From the human T2T-CHM13v2.0 reference genome, Homo sapiens: 64,000 bases of DNA. The position numbers and the translations under genes were made by a program. Within the stretch, counting starts at the first letter, position 1, and each line of letters starts with the position of its first letter. Shown here in pieces: positions 27,101 through 40,519 of the stretch. The stretch is taken from the NCBI RefSeq assembly GCF_009914755.1, contig NC_060931.1; one strand, written 5' to 3'. Under the pieces are notes generated by a model. The model had not been told where the DNA came from and made no database searches. It saw nothing but the letters and a program-made list of their open reading frames with translations.

Positions 27101-30100
27101 AACTCACAGAGTTTAACCTTTCTTTTCATAGAGGAGTTTGGAAACACACTGTTTGTAAAGTCTGCAAGTGGATATATGGACCTGTTTGAGGCCTTCGTTG
27201 GAAACGGGATTTCTTCATTGAATGCTAGACGGAAGAATTCTCAGTAAATTCTTTGTGTTGTGTGCATTCAACTCACAGAGTGGAACGTCCCTTTAGACAG
27301 AGCAGATTTGAAACACTCTTTTTGCGGAATTTGCAAGTGGAGATTTCTAGCCATTTGATGCCAACAGTAGAAAGGGAAATATCTTCAAATAAAAACCAGA
27401 CAGAATCATTCTCAGAAAATTCTTTGTGATGTGTGCGTTCAACTCACATAGTTTAACCTTTCTTTTCATAGAGCAGTTTGGAAACACTCTGTTTGTAAAG
27501 TCTGCAAGTGGATATATGGACCGCATTGAGGCCTTCGTTGGAAACGGGATTTCTTCATTTCATGCTAGACAGAAGAATTCTCAGTAACTTCTTTGTGCTG
27601 TGTGTATTCAACTCACAGAGTGGAACGTCCCTTTGCACAGAGCAGATTTGAAACACTCTTTTTGTGGAGTTTGCAAGTGGAGATTTCAAGCGATTTGATG
27701 CCAACAGTAGAAAAGGAAGTATCTTCAAATAAAAACTAGACAGAATCATTCTCAGAAACTACTTTGTGATGTGTGCCTTCAACTCACCGAGTTTAACCTT
27801 TCTTTTCTGAGAGCAGCTTAGAAACACTCTGCTTGTTATGTCTGCAAGTTGATATTTGGACCTCTTTGAGGCCTTCGTTGCAAACGGGGTTTCTTCCTTT
27901 AATGCTAGACTAAGAAGAGTTCTCAGTAACTTTTTTGTGTTGTGTGTATTCAACTCACAGAGTTGAACCTTGCTTTAGAGAGAGCAGATTTGAAACACTC
28001 TTGCTGTGGCATTTTCAGGTGGAGATTTCAAGCGATTTGAGGACAATTGCAGAAAAGGAAATTTCTTCGTATAATAACCAGACAGAATCATTCTCAGAAA
28101 GTGCTTTGTGATGTGTGCGTTCAACTCACAGAGTTTAACCTTTCTTTTCATAGAGGAGTTTGGAAACACACTGTTTGTAATGTCTGCAATTGGATATATG
28201 GACCTGTTTGAGGCCTTCGTTGGAAACGGGATTTCTTCATTGAATGCTAGACGGAAGAATTCTCAGTAAATTCTTTGTGTTGTGTGCATTCAACTCACAG
28301 AGTGGAACGTCCCTTTAGACAGAGCAGATTTGAAACACTTTTTGGCGGAATTTGCAAGTGGAGATTTCTAGCCATTTGATGCCAACAGTAGAAAGGGAAA
28401 TATCTTCAAATAAAAACCAGACAGAATCATTCTCAGAAAATTCTTTGTGATGTGTGCGTTCAACTCACATAGTTTAACCTTTCTTTTCATAGAGCAGTTT
28501 GGAAACACTCTGTTTGTAAAGTCTGCAAGTGGATATATGGACCGCATTGAGGCCTTCGTTGGAAACGGGATTTCTTCATTTCATGCTAGACAGAAGAATT
28601 CTCAGTAACTTCTTTGTGCTGTGTGTATTCAACTCACAGAGTGGAACGTCCCTTTGCACAGAGCAGATTTGAAACACTCTTTTTGTGGAGTTTGCAAGTG
28701 GAGATTTCAAGCGATTTGATGCCAACAGTAGAAAAGGAAGTATCTTCAAATAAAAACTAGACAGAATCATTCTCAGAAACTACTTTGTGATGTGTGCCTT
28801 CAACTCAAAGAGTTTAACCTTTCTTTTCTGAGAGCAGCTTAGAAACACTCTGCTTGTTATGTCTGCAAGTTGATATTTGGACCTCTTTGAGGCCTTCGTT
28901 GCAAACGGGGTTTCTTCCTTTAATGCTAGACTAAGAAGAGTTCTCAGTAACTTTTTTGTGTTGTGTGTATTCAACTCACAGAGTTGAACCTTGCTTTAGA
29001 GAGAGCAGATTTGAAACACTCTTGCTGTGGCATTTTCAGGTGGAGATTTCAAGCGATTTGAGGACAATTGCAGAAAAGGAAATATCTTCGTATAATAACC
29101 AGACAGAATCATTCTCAGAAAGTGCTTTGTGATGTGTGCGTTCAACTCACAGAGTTTAACCTTTCTTTTCATAGAGGAGTTTGGAAACACACTGTTTGTA
29201 AAGTCTGCAAGTGGATATATGGACCTGTTTGAGGCCTTCGTTGGAAACGGGATTTCTTCATTGAATGCTAGACGGAAGAATTCTCAGTAAATTCTTTGTG
29301 TTGTGTGCATTCAACTCACAGAGTGGAACGTCCCTTTAGACAGAGCAGATTTGAAACACTTTTTGGCGGAATTTGCAAGTGGAGATTTTTAGCCATTTGA
29401 TGCCAACAGTAGAAAGGGAAATATCTTCAAATAAAAACCAGACAGAATCATTCTCAGAAAATTCTTTGTGATGTGTGCGTTCAACTCACATAGTTTAACC
29501 TTTCTTTTCATAGAGCAGTTTGGAAACACTCTGTTTGTAAAGTCTGCAAGTGGATATATGGACCGCATTGAGGCCTTCGTTGGAAACGGGATTTCTTCAT
29601 TTCATGCTAGACAGAAGAATTCTCAGTAACTTCTTTGTGCTGTGTGTATTCAACTCACAGAGTGGAACGTCCCTTTGCACAGAGCAGATTTGAAACACTC
29701 TTTTTGTGGAGTTTGCAAGTGGAGATTTCAAGCGATTTGATGCCAACAGTAGAAAAGGAAGTATCTCCAAATAAAAACTAGACAGAATCATTCTCAGAAA
29801 CTACTTTGTGATGTGTGCCTTCAACTCACCGAGTTTAACCTTTCTTTTCTGAGAGCAGCTTAGAAACACTCTGCTTGTTATGTCTGCAAGTTGATATTTG
29901 GACCTCTTTGAGGCCTTCGTTGCAAACGGGGTTTCTTCCTTTAATGCTAGACTAAGAAGAGTTCTCAGTAACTTTTTTGTGTTGTGTGTATTCAACTCAC
30001 AGAGTTGAACCTTGCTTTAGAGAGAGCAGATTTGAAACACTCTTGCTGTGGCATTTTCAGGTGGAGATTTCAAGCGATTTGAGGACAATTGCAGAAAAGG

Positions 30101-33100
30101 AAATATCTTCGTATAATAACCAGACAGAATCATTCTCAGAAAGTGCTTTGTGATGTGTGCGTTCAACTCACAGAGTTTAACCTTTCTTTTCATAGAGGAG
30201 TTTGGAAACACACTGTTTGTAATGTCTGCAATTGGATATATGGACCTGTTTGAGGCCTTCGTTGGAAACGGGATTTCTTCATTGAATGCTAGACGGAAGA
30301 ATTCTCAGTAAATTCTTTGTGTTGTGTGCATTCAACTCACAGAGTGGAACGTCCCTTTAGACAGAGCAGATTTGAAACACTTTTTGGCGGAATTTGCAAG
30401 TGGAGATTTCTAGCCATTTGATGCCAACAGTAGAAAGGGAAATATCTTCAAATAAAAACCAGACAGAATCATTCTCAGAAAATTCTTTGTGATGTGTGCG
30501 TTCAACTCACATAGTTTAACCTTTCTTTTCATAGAGCAGTTTGGAAACACTCTGTTTGTAAAGTCTGCAAGTGGATATATGGACCGCATTGAGGCCTTCG
30601 TTGGAAACGGGATTTCTTCATTTCATGCTAGACAGAAGAATTCTCAGTAACTTCTTTGTGCTGTGTGTATTCAACTCACAGAGTGGAACGTCCCTTTACA
30701 CAGAGCAGATTTGAAACACTCTTTTTGTGGAGTTTGCAAGTGGAGATTTCAAGCGATTTGATGCCAACAGTAGAAAAGGAAATATCTTCAAATAAAAACT
30801 AGACAGAATCATTCTCAGAAACTACTTTGTGATGTGTGCCTTCAACTCACAGAGTTTAACCTTTCTTTTCTTAGAGCAGTTTAGAAACACTCTGCTTGTT
30901 ATGTCTGCAAGTGGATATTTGGACCTCTTTGAGGCCTTCGTTGCAAACGGGGTTTCTTCCTTTCATGCTAGACTAAGAAGAGTTCTCAGTAACTTTTTTG
31001 TGTTGTGTGTATTCAACTCACAGAGTTGAACCTTGCTTTAGAGAGAGCAGATTTGAAACACTCTTGCTGTGGCATTTTCAGGTGGAGATTTCAAGCGATT
31101 TGAGGACAATTGCAGAAAAGGAAATATCTTCGTATAATAACCAGACAGAATCATTCTCAGAAAGTGCTTTGTGATGTGTGCGTTCAACTCACAGAGTTTA
31201 ACCTTTCTTTTCATAGAGGAGTTTGGAAACACACTGTTTGTAAAGTCTGCAAGTGGATATATGGACCTGTTTGAGGCCTTCGTTGGAAACGGGATTTCTT
31301 CATTGAATGCTAGACGGAAGAATTCTCAGTAAATTCTTTGTGTTGTGTGCATTCAACTCACAGAGTGGAACGTCCCTTTAGACAGAGCAGATTTGAAACA
31401 CTCTTTTTGCGGAATTTGCAAGTGGAGATTTCTAGCCATTTGATGCCAACAGTAGAAAGGGAAATATCTTCAAATAAAAACCAGACAGAATCATTCTCAG
31501 AAAATTCTTTGTGATGTGTGCGTTCAACTCACATAGTTTAACCTTTCTTTTCATAGAGCAGTTTGGAAACACTCTGTTTGTAAAGTCTGCAAGTGGATAT
31601 ATGGACCGCATTGAGGCCTTCGTTGGAAACGGGATTTCTTCATTTCATGCTAGACAGAAGAATTCTCAGTAACTTCTTTGTGCTGTGTGTATTCAACTCA
31701 CAGAGTGGAACGTCCCTTTACACAGAGCAGATTTGAAACACTCTTTTTGTGGAGTTTGCAAGTGGAGATTTCAAGCGATTTGATGCCAACAGTAGAAAAG
31801 GAAATATCTTCAAATAAAAACTAGACAGAATCATTCTCAGAAACTACTTTGTGATGTGTGCCTTCAACTCACAGAGTTTAACCTTTCTTTTCTTAGAGCA
31901 GTTTAGAAACACTCTGCTTGTTATGTCTGCAAGTGGATATTTGGACCTCTTTGAGGCCTTCGTTGCAAACGGGGTTTCTTCCTTTCATGCTAGACTAAGA
32001 AGAGTTCTCAGTAACTTTTTTGTGTTGTGTGTATTCAACTCACAGAGTTGAACCTTGCTTTAGAGAGAGCAGATTTGAAACACTCTTGCTGTGGCATTTT
32101 CAGGTGGAGATTTCAAGCGATTTGAGGACAATTGCAGAAAAGGAAATATCTTCGTATAATAACCAGACAGAATCATTCTCAGAAAGTGCTTTGTGATGTG
32201 TGCGTTCAACTCACAGAGTTTAACCTTTCTTTTCATAGAGGAGTTTGGAAACACACTGTTTGTAAAGTCTGCAAGTGGATATATGGACCTGTTTGAGGCC
32301 TTCGTTGGAAACGGGATTTCTTCATTGAATGCTAGACGGAAGAATTCTCAGTAAATTCTTTGTGTTGTGTGCATTCAACTCACAGAGTGGAACGTCCCTT
32401 TAGACAGAGCAGATTTGAAACACTCTTTTTGCGGAATTTGCAAGTGGAGATTTCTAGCCATTTGATGCCAACAGTAGAAAGGGAAATATCTTCAAATAAA
32501 AACCAGACAGAATCATTCTCAGAAAATTCTTTGTGATGTGTGCGTTCAACTCACATAGTTTAACCTTTCTTTTCATAGAGCAGTTTGGAAACACTCTGTT
32601 TGTAAAGTCTGCAAGTGGATATATGGACCGCATTGAGGCCTTCGTTGGAAACGGGATTTCTTCATTTCATGCTAGACAGAAGAATTCTCAGTAACTTCTT
32701 TGTGCTGTGTGTATTCAACTCACAGAGTGGAACGTCCCTTTGCACAGAGCAGATTTGAAACACTCTTTTTGTGGAGTTTGCAAGTGGAGATTTCAAGCGA
32801 TTTGATGCCAACAGTAGAAAAGGAAGTATCTTCAAATAAAAACTAGACAGAATCATTCTCAGAAACTACTTTGTGATGTGTGCCTTCAACTCACCGAGTT
32901 TAACCTTTCTTTTCTGAGAGCAGCTTAGAAACACTCTGCTTGTTATGTCTGCAAGTTGATATTTGGACCTCTTTGAGGCCTTCGTTGCAAACGGGGTTTC
33001 TTCCTTTAATGCTAGACTAAGAAGAGTTCTCAGTAACTTTTTTGTGTTGTGTGTATTCAACTCACAGAGTTGAACCTTGCTTTAGAGAGAGCAGATTTGA

Positions 33101-34317
33101 AACACTCTTGCTGTGGCATTTTCAGGTGGAGATTTCAAGCGATTTGAGGACAATTGCAGAAAAGGAAATTTCTTCGTATAATAACCAGACAGAATCATTC
33201 TCAGAAAGTGCTTTGTGATGTGTGCGTTCAACTCACAGAGTTTAACCTTTCTTTTCATAGAGGAGTTTGGAAACACACTGTTTGTAATGTCTGCAATTGG
33301 ATATATGGACCTGTTTGAGGCCTTCGTTGGAAACGGGATTTCTTCATTGAATGCTAGACGGAAGAATTCTCAGTAAATTCTTTGTGTTGTGTGCATTCAA
33401 CTCACAGAGTGGAACGTCCCTTTAGACAGAGCAGATTTGAAACACTTTTTGGCGGAATTTGCAAGTGGAGATTTCTAGCCATTTGATGCCAACAGTAGAA
33501 AGGGAAATATCTTCAAATAAAAACCAGACAGAATCATTCTCAGAAAATTCTTTGTGATGTGTGCGTTCAACTCACATAGTTTAACCTTTCTTTTCATAGA
33601 GCAGTTTGGAAACACTCTGTTTGTAAAGTCTGCAAGTGGATATATGGACCGCATTGAGGCCTTCGTTGGAAACGGGATTTCTTCATTTCATGCTAGACAG
33701 AAGAATTCTCAGTAACTTCTTTGTGCTGTGTGTATTCAACTCACAGAGTGGAACGTCCCTTTGCACAGAGCAGATTTGAAACACTCTTTTTGTGGAGTTT
33801 GCAAGTGGAGATTTCAAGCGATTTGATGCCAACAGTAGAAAAGGAAGTATCTTCAAATAAAAACTAGACAGAATCATTCTCAGAAACTACTTTGTGATGT
33901 GTGCCTTCAACTCAAAGAGTTTAACCTTTCTTTTCTGAGAGCAGCTTAGAAACACTCTGCTTGTTATGTCTGCAAGTTGATATTTGGACCTCTTTGAGGC
34001 CTTCGTTGCAAACGGGGTTTCTTCCTTTAATGCTAGACTAAGAAGAGTTCTCAGTAACTTTTTTGTGTTGTGTGTATTCAACTCACAGAGTTGAACCTTG
34101 CTTTAGAGAGAGCAGATTTGAAACACTCTTGCTGTGGCATTTTCAGGTGGAGATTTCAAGCGATTTGAGGACAATTGCAGAAAAGGAAATATCTTCGTAT
34201 AATAACCAGACAGAATCATTCTCAGAAAGTGCTTTGTGATGTGTGCGTTCAACTCACAGAGTTTAACCTTTCTTTTCATAGAGGAGTTTGGAAACACACT
34301 GTTTGTAAAGTCTGCAA
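24105..34317 (+). repeat. Tandem duplication of a 5-HOR (5107-bp) block
   Basis: Rare variants are paired at a 5107-bp offset: 24282/29389, 28063/33170 and 28808/33915. The order of haplotypes and of 1021/1022 lengths is the same in both halves. Confidence 0.85.
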
Positions 34318-34342
34318 TTGGATATATGGACCTGTTTGATGC

Positions 34343-34359
34343 CTTCGTTGGAAACGGAA
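34343..34359 (+). other. Disrupted CENP-B box 2 (HOR 34)
   Basis: CTTCGTTGGAAACGGAA: G>A at 34358 in the core CGGG. Confidence 0.85.
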
Positions 34360-37300
34360 TTTCTTCATTGAATGCTAGACGGAAGAATTCTCAGTAAATT
34401 CTTTGTGTTGTGTGCATTCAACTCACAGAGTGGAACGTCCCTTTAGACAGAGCAGATTTGAAACACTTTTTGGCGGAATTTGCAAGTGGAGATTTCTAGC
34501 CATTTGATGCCAACAGTAGAAAGGGAAATATCTTCAAATAAAAACCAGACAGAATCATTCTCAGAAAATTCTTTGTGATGTGTGCGTTCAACTCACATAG
34601 TTTAACCTTTCTTTTCATAGAGCAGTTTGGAAACACTCTGTTTGTAAAGTCTGCAAGTGGATATATGGACCGCATTGAGGCCTTCGTTGGAAACGGGATT
34701 TCTTCATTTCATGCTAGACAGAAGAATTCTCAGTAACTTCTTTGTGCTGTGTGTATTCAACTCACAGAGTGGAACGTCCCTTTACACAGAGCAGATTTGA
34801 AACACTCTTTTTGTGGAGTTTGCAAGTGGAGATTTCAAGCGATTTGATGCCAACAGTAGAAAAGGAAATATCTTCAAATAAAAACTAGACAGAATCATTC
34901 TCAGAAACTACTTTGTGATGTGTGCCTTCAACTCACAGAGTTTAACCTTTCTTTTCTTAGAGCAGTTTAGAAACACTCTGCTTGTTATGTCTGCAAGTGG
35001 ATATTTGGACCTCTTTGAGGCCTTCGTTGCAAACGGGGTTTCTTCCTTTCATGCTAGACTAAGAAGAGTTCTCAGTAACTTTTTTGTGTTGTGTGTATTC
35101 AACTCACAGAGTTGAACCTTGCTTTAGAGAGAGCAGATTTGAAACACTCTTGCTGTGGCATTTTCAGGTGGAGATTTCAAGCGATTTGAGGATAATTGCA
35201 GAAAAGGAAATATCTTCGTATAATAACCAGACAGAATCATTCTCAGAAAGTGCTTTGTGATGTGTGCGTTCAACTCACAGAGTTTAACCTTTCTTTTCAT
35301 AGAGGAGTTTGGAAACACACTGTTTGTAAAGTCTGCAAGTGGATTTATGGACCTGTTTGAGGCCTTCGTTGGAAACGGGATTTCTTCATTGAATGCTAGA
35401 CGGAAGAATTCTCAGTAAATTCTTTGTGTTGTGTGCATTCAACTCACAGAGTGGAACGTCCCTTTAGACAGAGCAGATTTGAAACACTCTTTTTGCGGAA
35501 TTTGCAAGTGGAGATTTCTAGCCATTTGATGCCAACAGTAGAAAGGGAAATATCTTCAAATAAAAACCAGACAGAATCATTCTCAGAAAATTCTTTGTGA
35601 TGTGTGCGTTCAACTCACATAGTTTAACCTTTCTTTTCATAGAGCAGTTTGGAAACACTCTGTTTGTAAAGTCTGCAAGTGGATATATGGACCGCATTGA
35701 GGCCTTCGTTGGAAACGGGATTTCTTCATTTCATGCTAGACAGAAGAATTCTCAGTAACTTCTTTGTGCTGTGTGTATTCAACTCACAGAGTGGAACGTC
35801 CCTTTACACAGAGCAGATTTGAAACACTCTTTTTGTGGAGTTTGCAAGTGGAGATTTCAAGCGATTTGATGCCAACAGTAGAAAAGGAAATATCTTCAAA
35901 TAAAAACTAGACAGAATCATTCTCAGAAACTACTTTGTGATGTGTGCCTTCAACTCACAGAGTTTAACCTTTCTTTTCTTAGAGCAGTTTAGAAACACTC
36001 TGCTTGTTATGTCTGCAAGTGGATATTTGGACCTCTTTGAGGCCTTCGTTGCAAACGGGGTTTCTTCCTTTCATGCTAGACTAAGAAGAGTTCTCAGTAA
36101 CTTTTTTGTGTTGTGTGTATTCAACTCACAGAGTTGAACCTTGCTTTAGAGAGAGCAGATTTGAAACACTCTTGCTGTGGCATTTTCAGGTGGAGATTTC
36201 AAGCGATTTGAGGACAATTGCAGAAAAGGAAATATCTTCGTATAATAACCAGACAGAATCATTCTCAGAAAGTGCTTTGTGATGTGTGCGTTCAACTCAC
36301 AGAGTTTAACCTTTCTTTTCATAGAGGAGTTTGGAAACACACTGTTTGTAAAGTCTGCAAGTGGATATATGGACCTGTTTGAGGCCTTCGTTGGAAACGG
36401 GATTTCTTCATTGAATGCTAGACGGAAGAATTCTCAGTAAATTCTTTGTGTTGTGTGCATTCAACTCACAGAGTGGAACGTCCCTTTAGACAGAGCAGAT
36501 TTGAAACACTCTTTTTGCGGAATTTGCAAGTGGAGATTTCTAGCCATTTGATGCCAACAGTAGAAAGGGAAATATCTTCAAATAAAAACCAGACAGAATC
36601 ATTCTCAGAAAATTCTTTGTGATGTGTGCGTTCAACTCACATAGTTTAACCTTTCTTTTCATAGAGCAGTTTGGAAACACTCTGTTTGTAAAGTCTGCAA
36701 GTGGATATATGGACCGCATTGAGGCCTTCGTTGGAAACGGGATTTCTTCATTTCATGCTAGACAGAAGAATTCTCAGTAACTTCTTTGTGCTGTGTGTAT
36801 TCAACTCACAGAGTGGAACGTCCCTTTACACAGAGCAGATTTGAAACACTCTTTTTGTGGAGTTTGCAAGTGGAGATTTCAAGCGATTTGATGCCAACAG
36901 TAGAAAAGGAAGTATCTTCAAATAAAAACTAGACAGAATCATTCTCAGAAACTACTTTGTGATGTGTGCCTTCAACTCACAGAGTTTAACCTTTCTTTTC
37001 TGAGAGCAGCTTAGAAACACTCTGCTTGTTATGTCTGCAAGTTGATATTTGGACCTCTTTGAGGCCTTCGTTGCAAACGGGGTTTCTTCCTTTAATGCTA
37101 GACTAAGAAGAGTTCTCAGTAACTTTTTTGTGTTGTGTGTATTCAACTCACAGAGTTGAACCTTGCTTTAGAGAGAGCAGATTTGAAACACTCTTGCTGT
37201 GGCATTTTCAGGTGGAGATTTCAAGCGATTTGAGGACAATTGCAGAAAAGGAAATATCTTCGTATAATAACCAGACAGAATCATTCTCAGAAAGTGCTTT

Positions 37301-37407
37301 GTGATGTGTGCGTTCAACTCACAGAGTTTAACCTTTCTTTTCATAGAGGAGTTTGGAAACACACTGTTTGTAATGTCTGCAATTGGATATATGGACCTGT
37401 TTGAGGC

Positions 37408-37424
37408 CTTCGTTGGAAACGGAA
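37408..37424 (+). other. Disrupted CENP-B box 2 (HOR 37)
   Basis: CTTCGTTGGAAACGGAA: G>A at 37423, the same change as 34358 and 3065 bp away. Confidence 0.85.
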
Positions 37425-40400
37425 TTTCTTCATTGAATGCTAGACGGAAGAATTCTCAGTAAATTCTTTGTGTTGTGTGCATTCAACTCACAGAGTGGAA
37501 CGTCCCTTTAGACAGAGCAGATTTGAAACACTTTTTGGCGGAATTTGCAATTGGAGATTTCTAGCCATTTGATGCCAACAGTAGAAAGGGAAATATCTTC
37601 AAATAAAAACCAGACAGAATCATTCTCAGAAAATTCTTTGTGATGTGTGCGTTCAACTCACATAGTTTAACCTTTCTTTTCATAGAGCAGTTTGGAAACA
37701 CTCTGTTTGTAAAGTCTGCAAGTGGATATATGGACCGCATTGAGGCCTTCGTTGGAAACGGGATTTCTTCATTTCATGCTAGACAGAAGAATTCTCAGTA
37801 ACTTCTTTGTGCTGTGTGTATTCAACTCACAGAGTGGAACGTCCCTTTACACAGAGCAGATTTGAAACACTCTTTTTGTGGAGTTTGCAAGTGGAGATTT
37901 CAAGCGATTTGATGCCAACAGTAGAAAAGGAAATATCTTCAAATAAAAACTAGACAGAATCATTCTCAGAAACTACTTTGTGATGTGTGCCTTCAACTCA
38001 CAGAGTTTAACCTTTCTTTTCTTAGAGCAGTTTAGAAACACTCTGCTTGTTATGTCTGCAAGTGGATATTTGGACCTCTTTGAGGCCTTCGTTGCAAACG
38101 GGGTTTCTTCCTTTCATGCTAGACTAAGAAGAGTTCTCAGTAACTTTTTTGTGTTGTGTGTATTCAACTCACAGAGTTGAACCTTGCTTTAGAGAGAGCA
38201 GATTTGAAACACTCTTGCTGTGGCATTTTCAGGTGGAGATTTCAAGCGATTTGAGGACAATTGCAGAAAAGGAAATATCTTCGTATAATAACCAGACAGA
38301 ATCATTCTCAGAAAGTGCTTTGTGATGTGTGCGTTCAACTCACAGAGTTTAACCTTTCTTTTCATAGAGGAGTTTGGAAACACACTGTTTGTAAAGTCTG
38401 CAATTGGATATATGGACCTGTTTGAGGCCTTCGTTGGAAACGGGATTTCTTCATTGAATGCTAGACGGAAGGATTCTCAGTAAATTCTTTGTGTTGTGTG
38501 CATTCAACTCACAGAGTGGAACGTCCCTTTAGACAGAGCAGATTTGAAACACTCTTTTTGCGGAATTTGCAAGTGGAGATTTCTAGCCATTTGATGCCAA
38601 CAGTAGAAAGGGAAATATCTTCAAATAAAAACCAGACAGAATCATTCTCAGAAAATTCTTTGTGATGTGTGCGTTCAACTCACATAGTTTAACCTTTCTT
38701 TTCATAGAGCAGTTTGGAAACACTCTGTTTGTAAAGTCTGCAAGTGGATATATGGACCGCATTGAGGCCTTCGTTGGAAACGGGATTTCTTCATTTCATG
38801 CTAGACAGAAGAATTCTCAGTAACTTCTTTGTGCTGTGTGTATTCAACTCACAGAGTGGAACGTCCCTTTACACAGAGCAGATTTGAAACACTCTTTTTG
38901 TGGAGTTTGCAAGTGGAGATTTCAAGCGATTTGATGCCAACAGTAGAAAAGGAAATATCTTCAAATAAAAACTAGACAGAATCATTCTCAGAAACTACTT
39001 TGTGATGTGTGCCTTCAACTCACAGAGTTTAACCTTTCTTTTCTTAGAGCAGTTTAGAAACACTCTGCTTGTTATGTCTGCAAGTGGATATTTGGACCTC
39101 TTTGAGGCCTTCGTTGCAAACGGGGTTTCTTCCTTTCATGCTAGACTAAGAAGAGTTCTCAGTAACTTTTTTGTGTTGTGTGTATTCAACTCACAGAGTT
39201 GAACCTTGCTTTAGAGAGAGCAGATTTGAAACACTCTTGCTGTGGCATTTTCAGGTGGAGATTTCAAGCGATTTGAGGACAATTGCAGAAAAGGAAATAT
39301 CTTCGTATAATAACCAGACAGAATCATTCTCAGAAAGTGCTTTGTGATGTGTGCGTTCAACTCACAGAGTTTAACCTTTCTTTTCATAGAGGAGTTTGGA
39401 AACACACTGTTTGTAAAGTCTGCAAGTGGATATATGGACCTGTTTGAGGCCTTCGTTGGAAACGGGATTTCTTCATTGAATGCTAGACGGAAGAATTCTC
39501 AGTAAATTCTTTGTGTTGTGTGCATTCAACTCACAGAGTGGAACGTCCCTTTAGACAGAGCAGATTTGAAACACTCTTTTTGCGGAATTTGCAAGTGGAG
39601 ATTTCTAGCCATTTGATGCCAACAGTAGAAAGGGAAATATCTTCAAATAAAAACCAGACAGAATCATTCTCAGAAAATTCTTTGTGATGTGTGCGTTCAA
39701 CTCACATAGTTTAACCTTTCTTTTCATAGAGCAGTTTGGAAACACTCTGTTTGTAAAGTCTGCAAGTGGATATATGGACCGCATTGAGGCCTTCGTTGGA
39801 AACGGGATTTCTTCATTCCATGCTAGACAGAAGAATTCTCAGTAACTTCTTTGTGCTGTGTGTATTCAACTCACAGAGTGGAACGTCCCTTTACACAGAG
39901 CAGATTTGAAACACTCTTTTTGTGGAGTTTGCAAGTGGAGATTTCAAGCGATTTGATGCCAACAGTAGAAAAGGAAATATCTTCAAATAAAAACTAGACA
40001 GAATCATTCTCAGAAACTACTTTGTGATGTGTGCCTTCAACTCACAGAGTTTAACCTTTCTTTTCTTAGAGCAGTTTAGAAACACTCTGCTTGTTATGTC
40101 TGCAAGTGGATATTTGGACCTCTTTGAGGCCTTCGTTGCAAACGGGGTTTCTTCCTTTCATGCTAGACTAAGAAGAGTTCTCAGGAACTTTTTTGTGTTG
40201 TGTGTATTCAACTCACAGAGTTGAACCTTGCTTTAGAGAGAGCAGATTTGAAACACTCTCGCTGTGGCATTTTCAGGTGGAGATTTCAAGCGATTTGAGG
40301 ACAATTGCAGAAAAGGAAATATCTTCGTATAATAACCAGACAGAATCATTCTCAGAAAGTGCTTTGTGATGTGTGCGTTCAACTCACAGAGTTTAACCTT

Positions 40401-40472
40401 TCTTTTCATAGAGGAGTTTGGAAACACACTGTTTGTAAAGTCTGCAAGTGGATATATGGACCTGTTTGAGGC

Positions 40473-40489
40473 CTTCGTTGGAAACCGGC
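40473..40489 (+). other. Disrupted CENP-B box 2 (HOR 40)
   Basis: CTTCGTTGGAAACCGGC: G>C at 40486 (core) and A>C at 40489. Confidence 0.85.
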
Positions 40490-40519
40490 TTTCTTCATTG
40501 AATGCTAGACGGAAGAATT

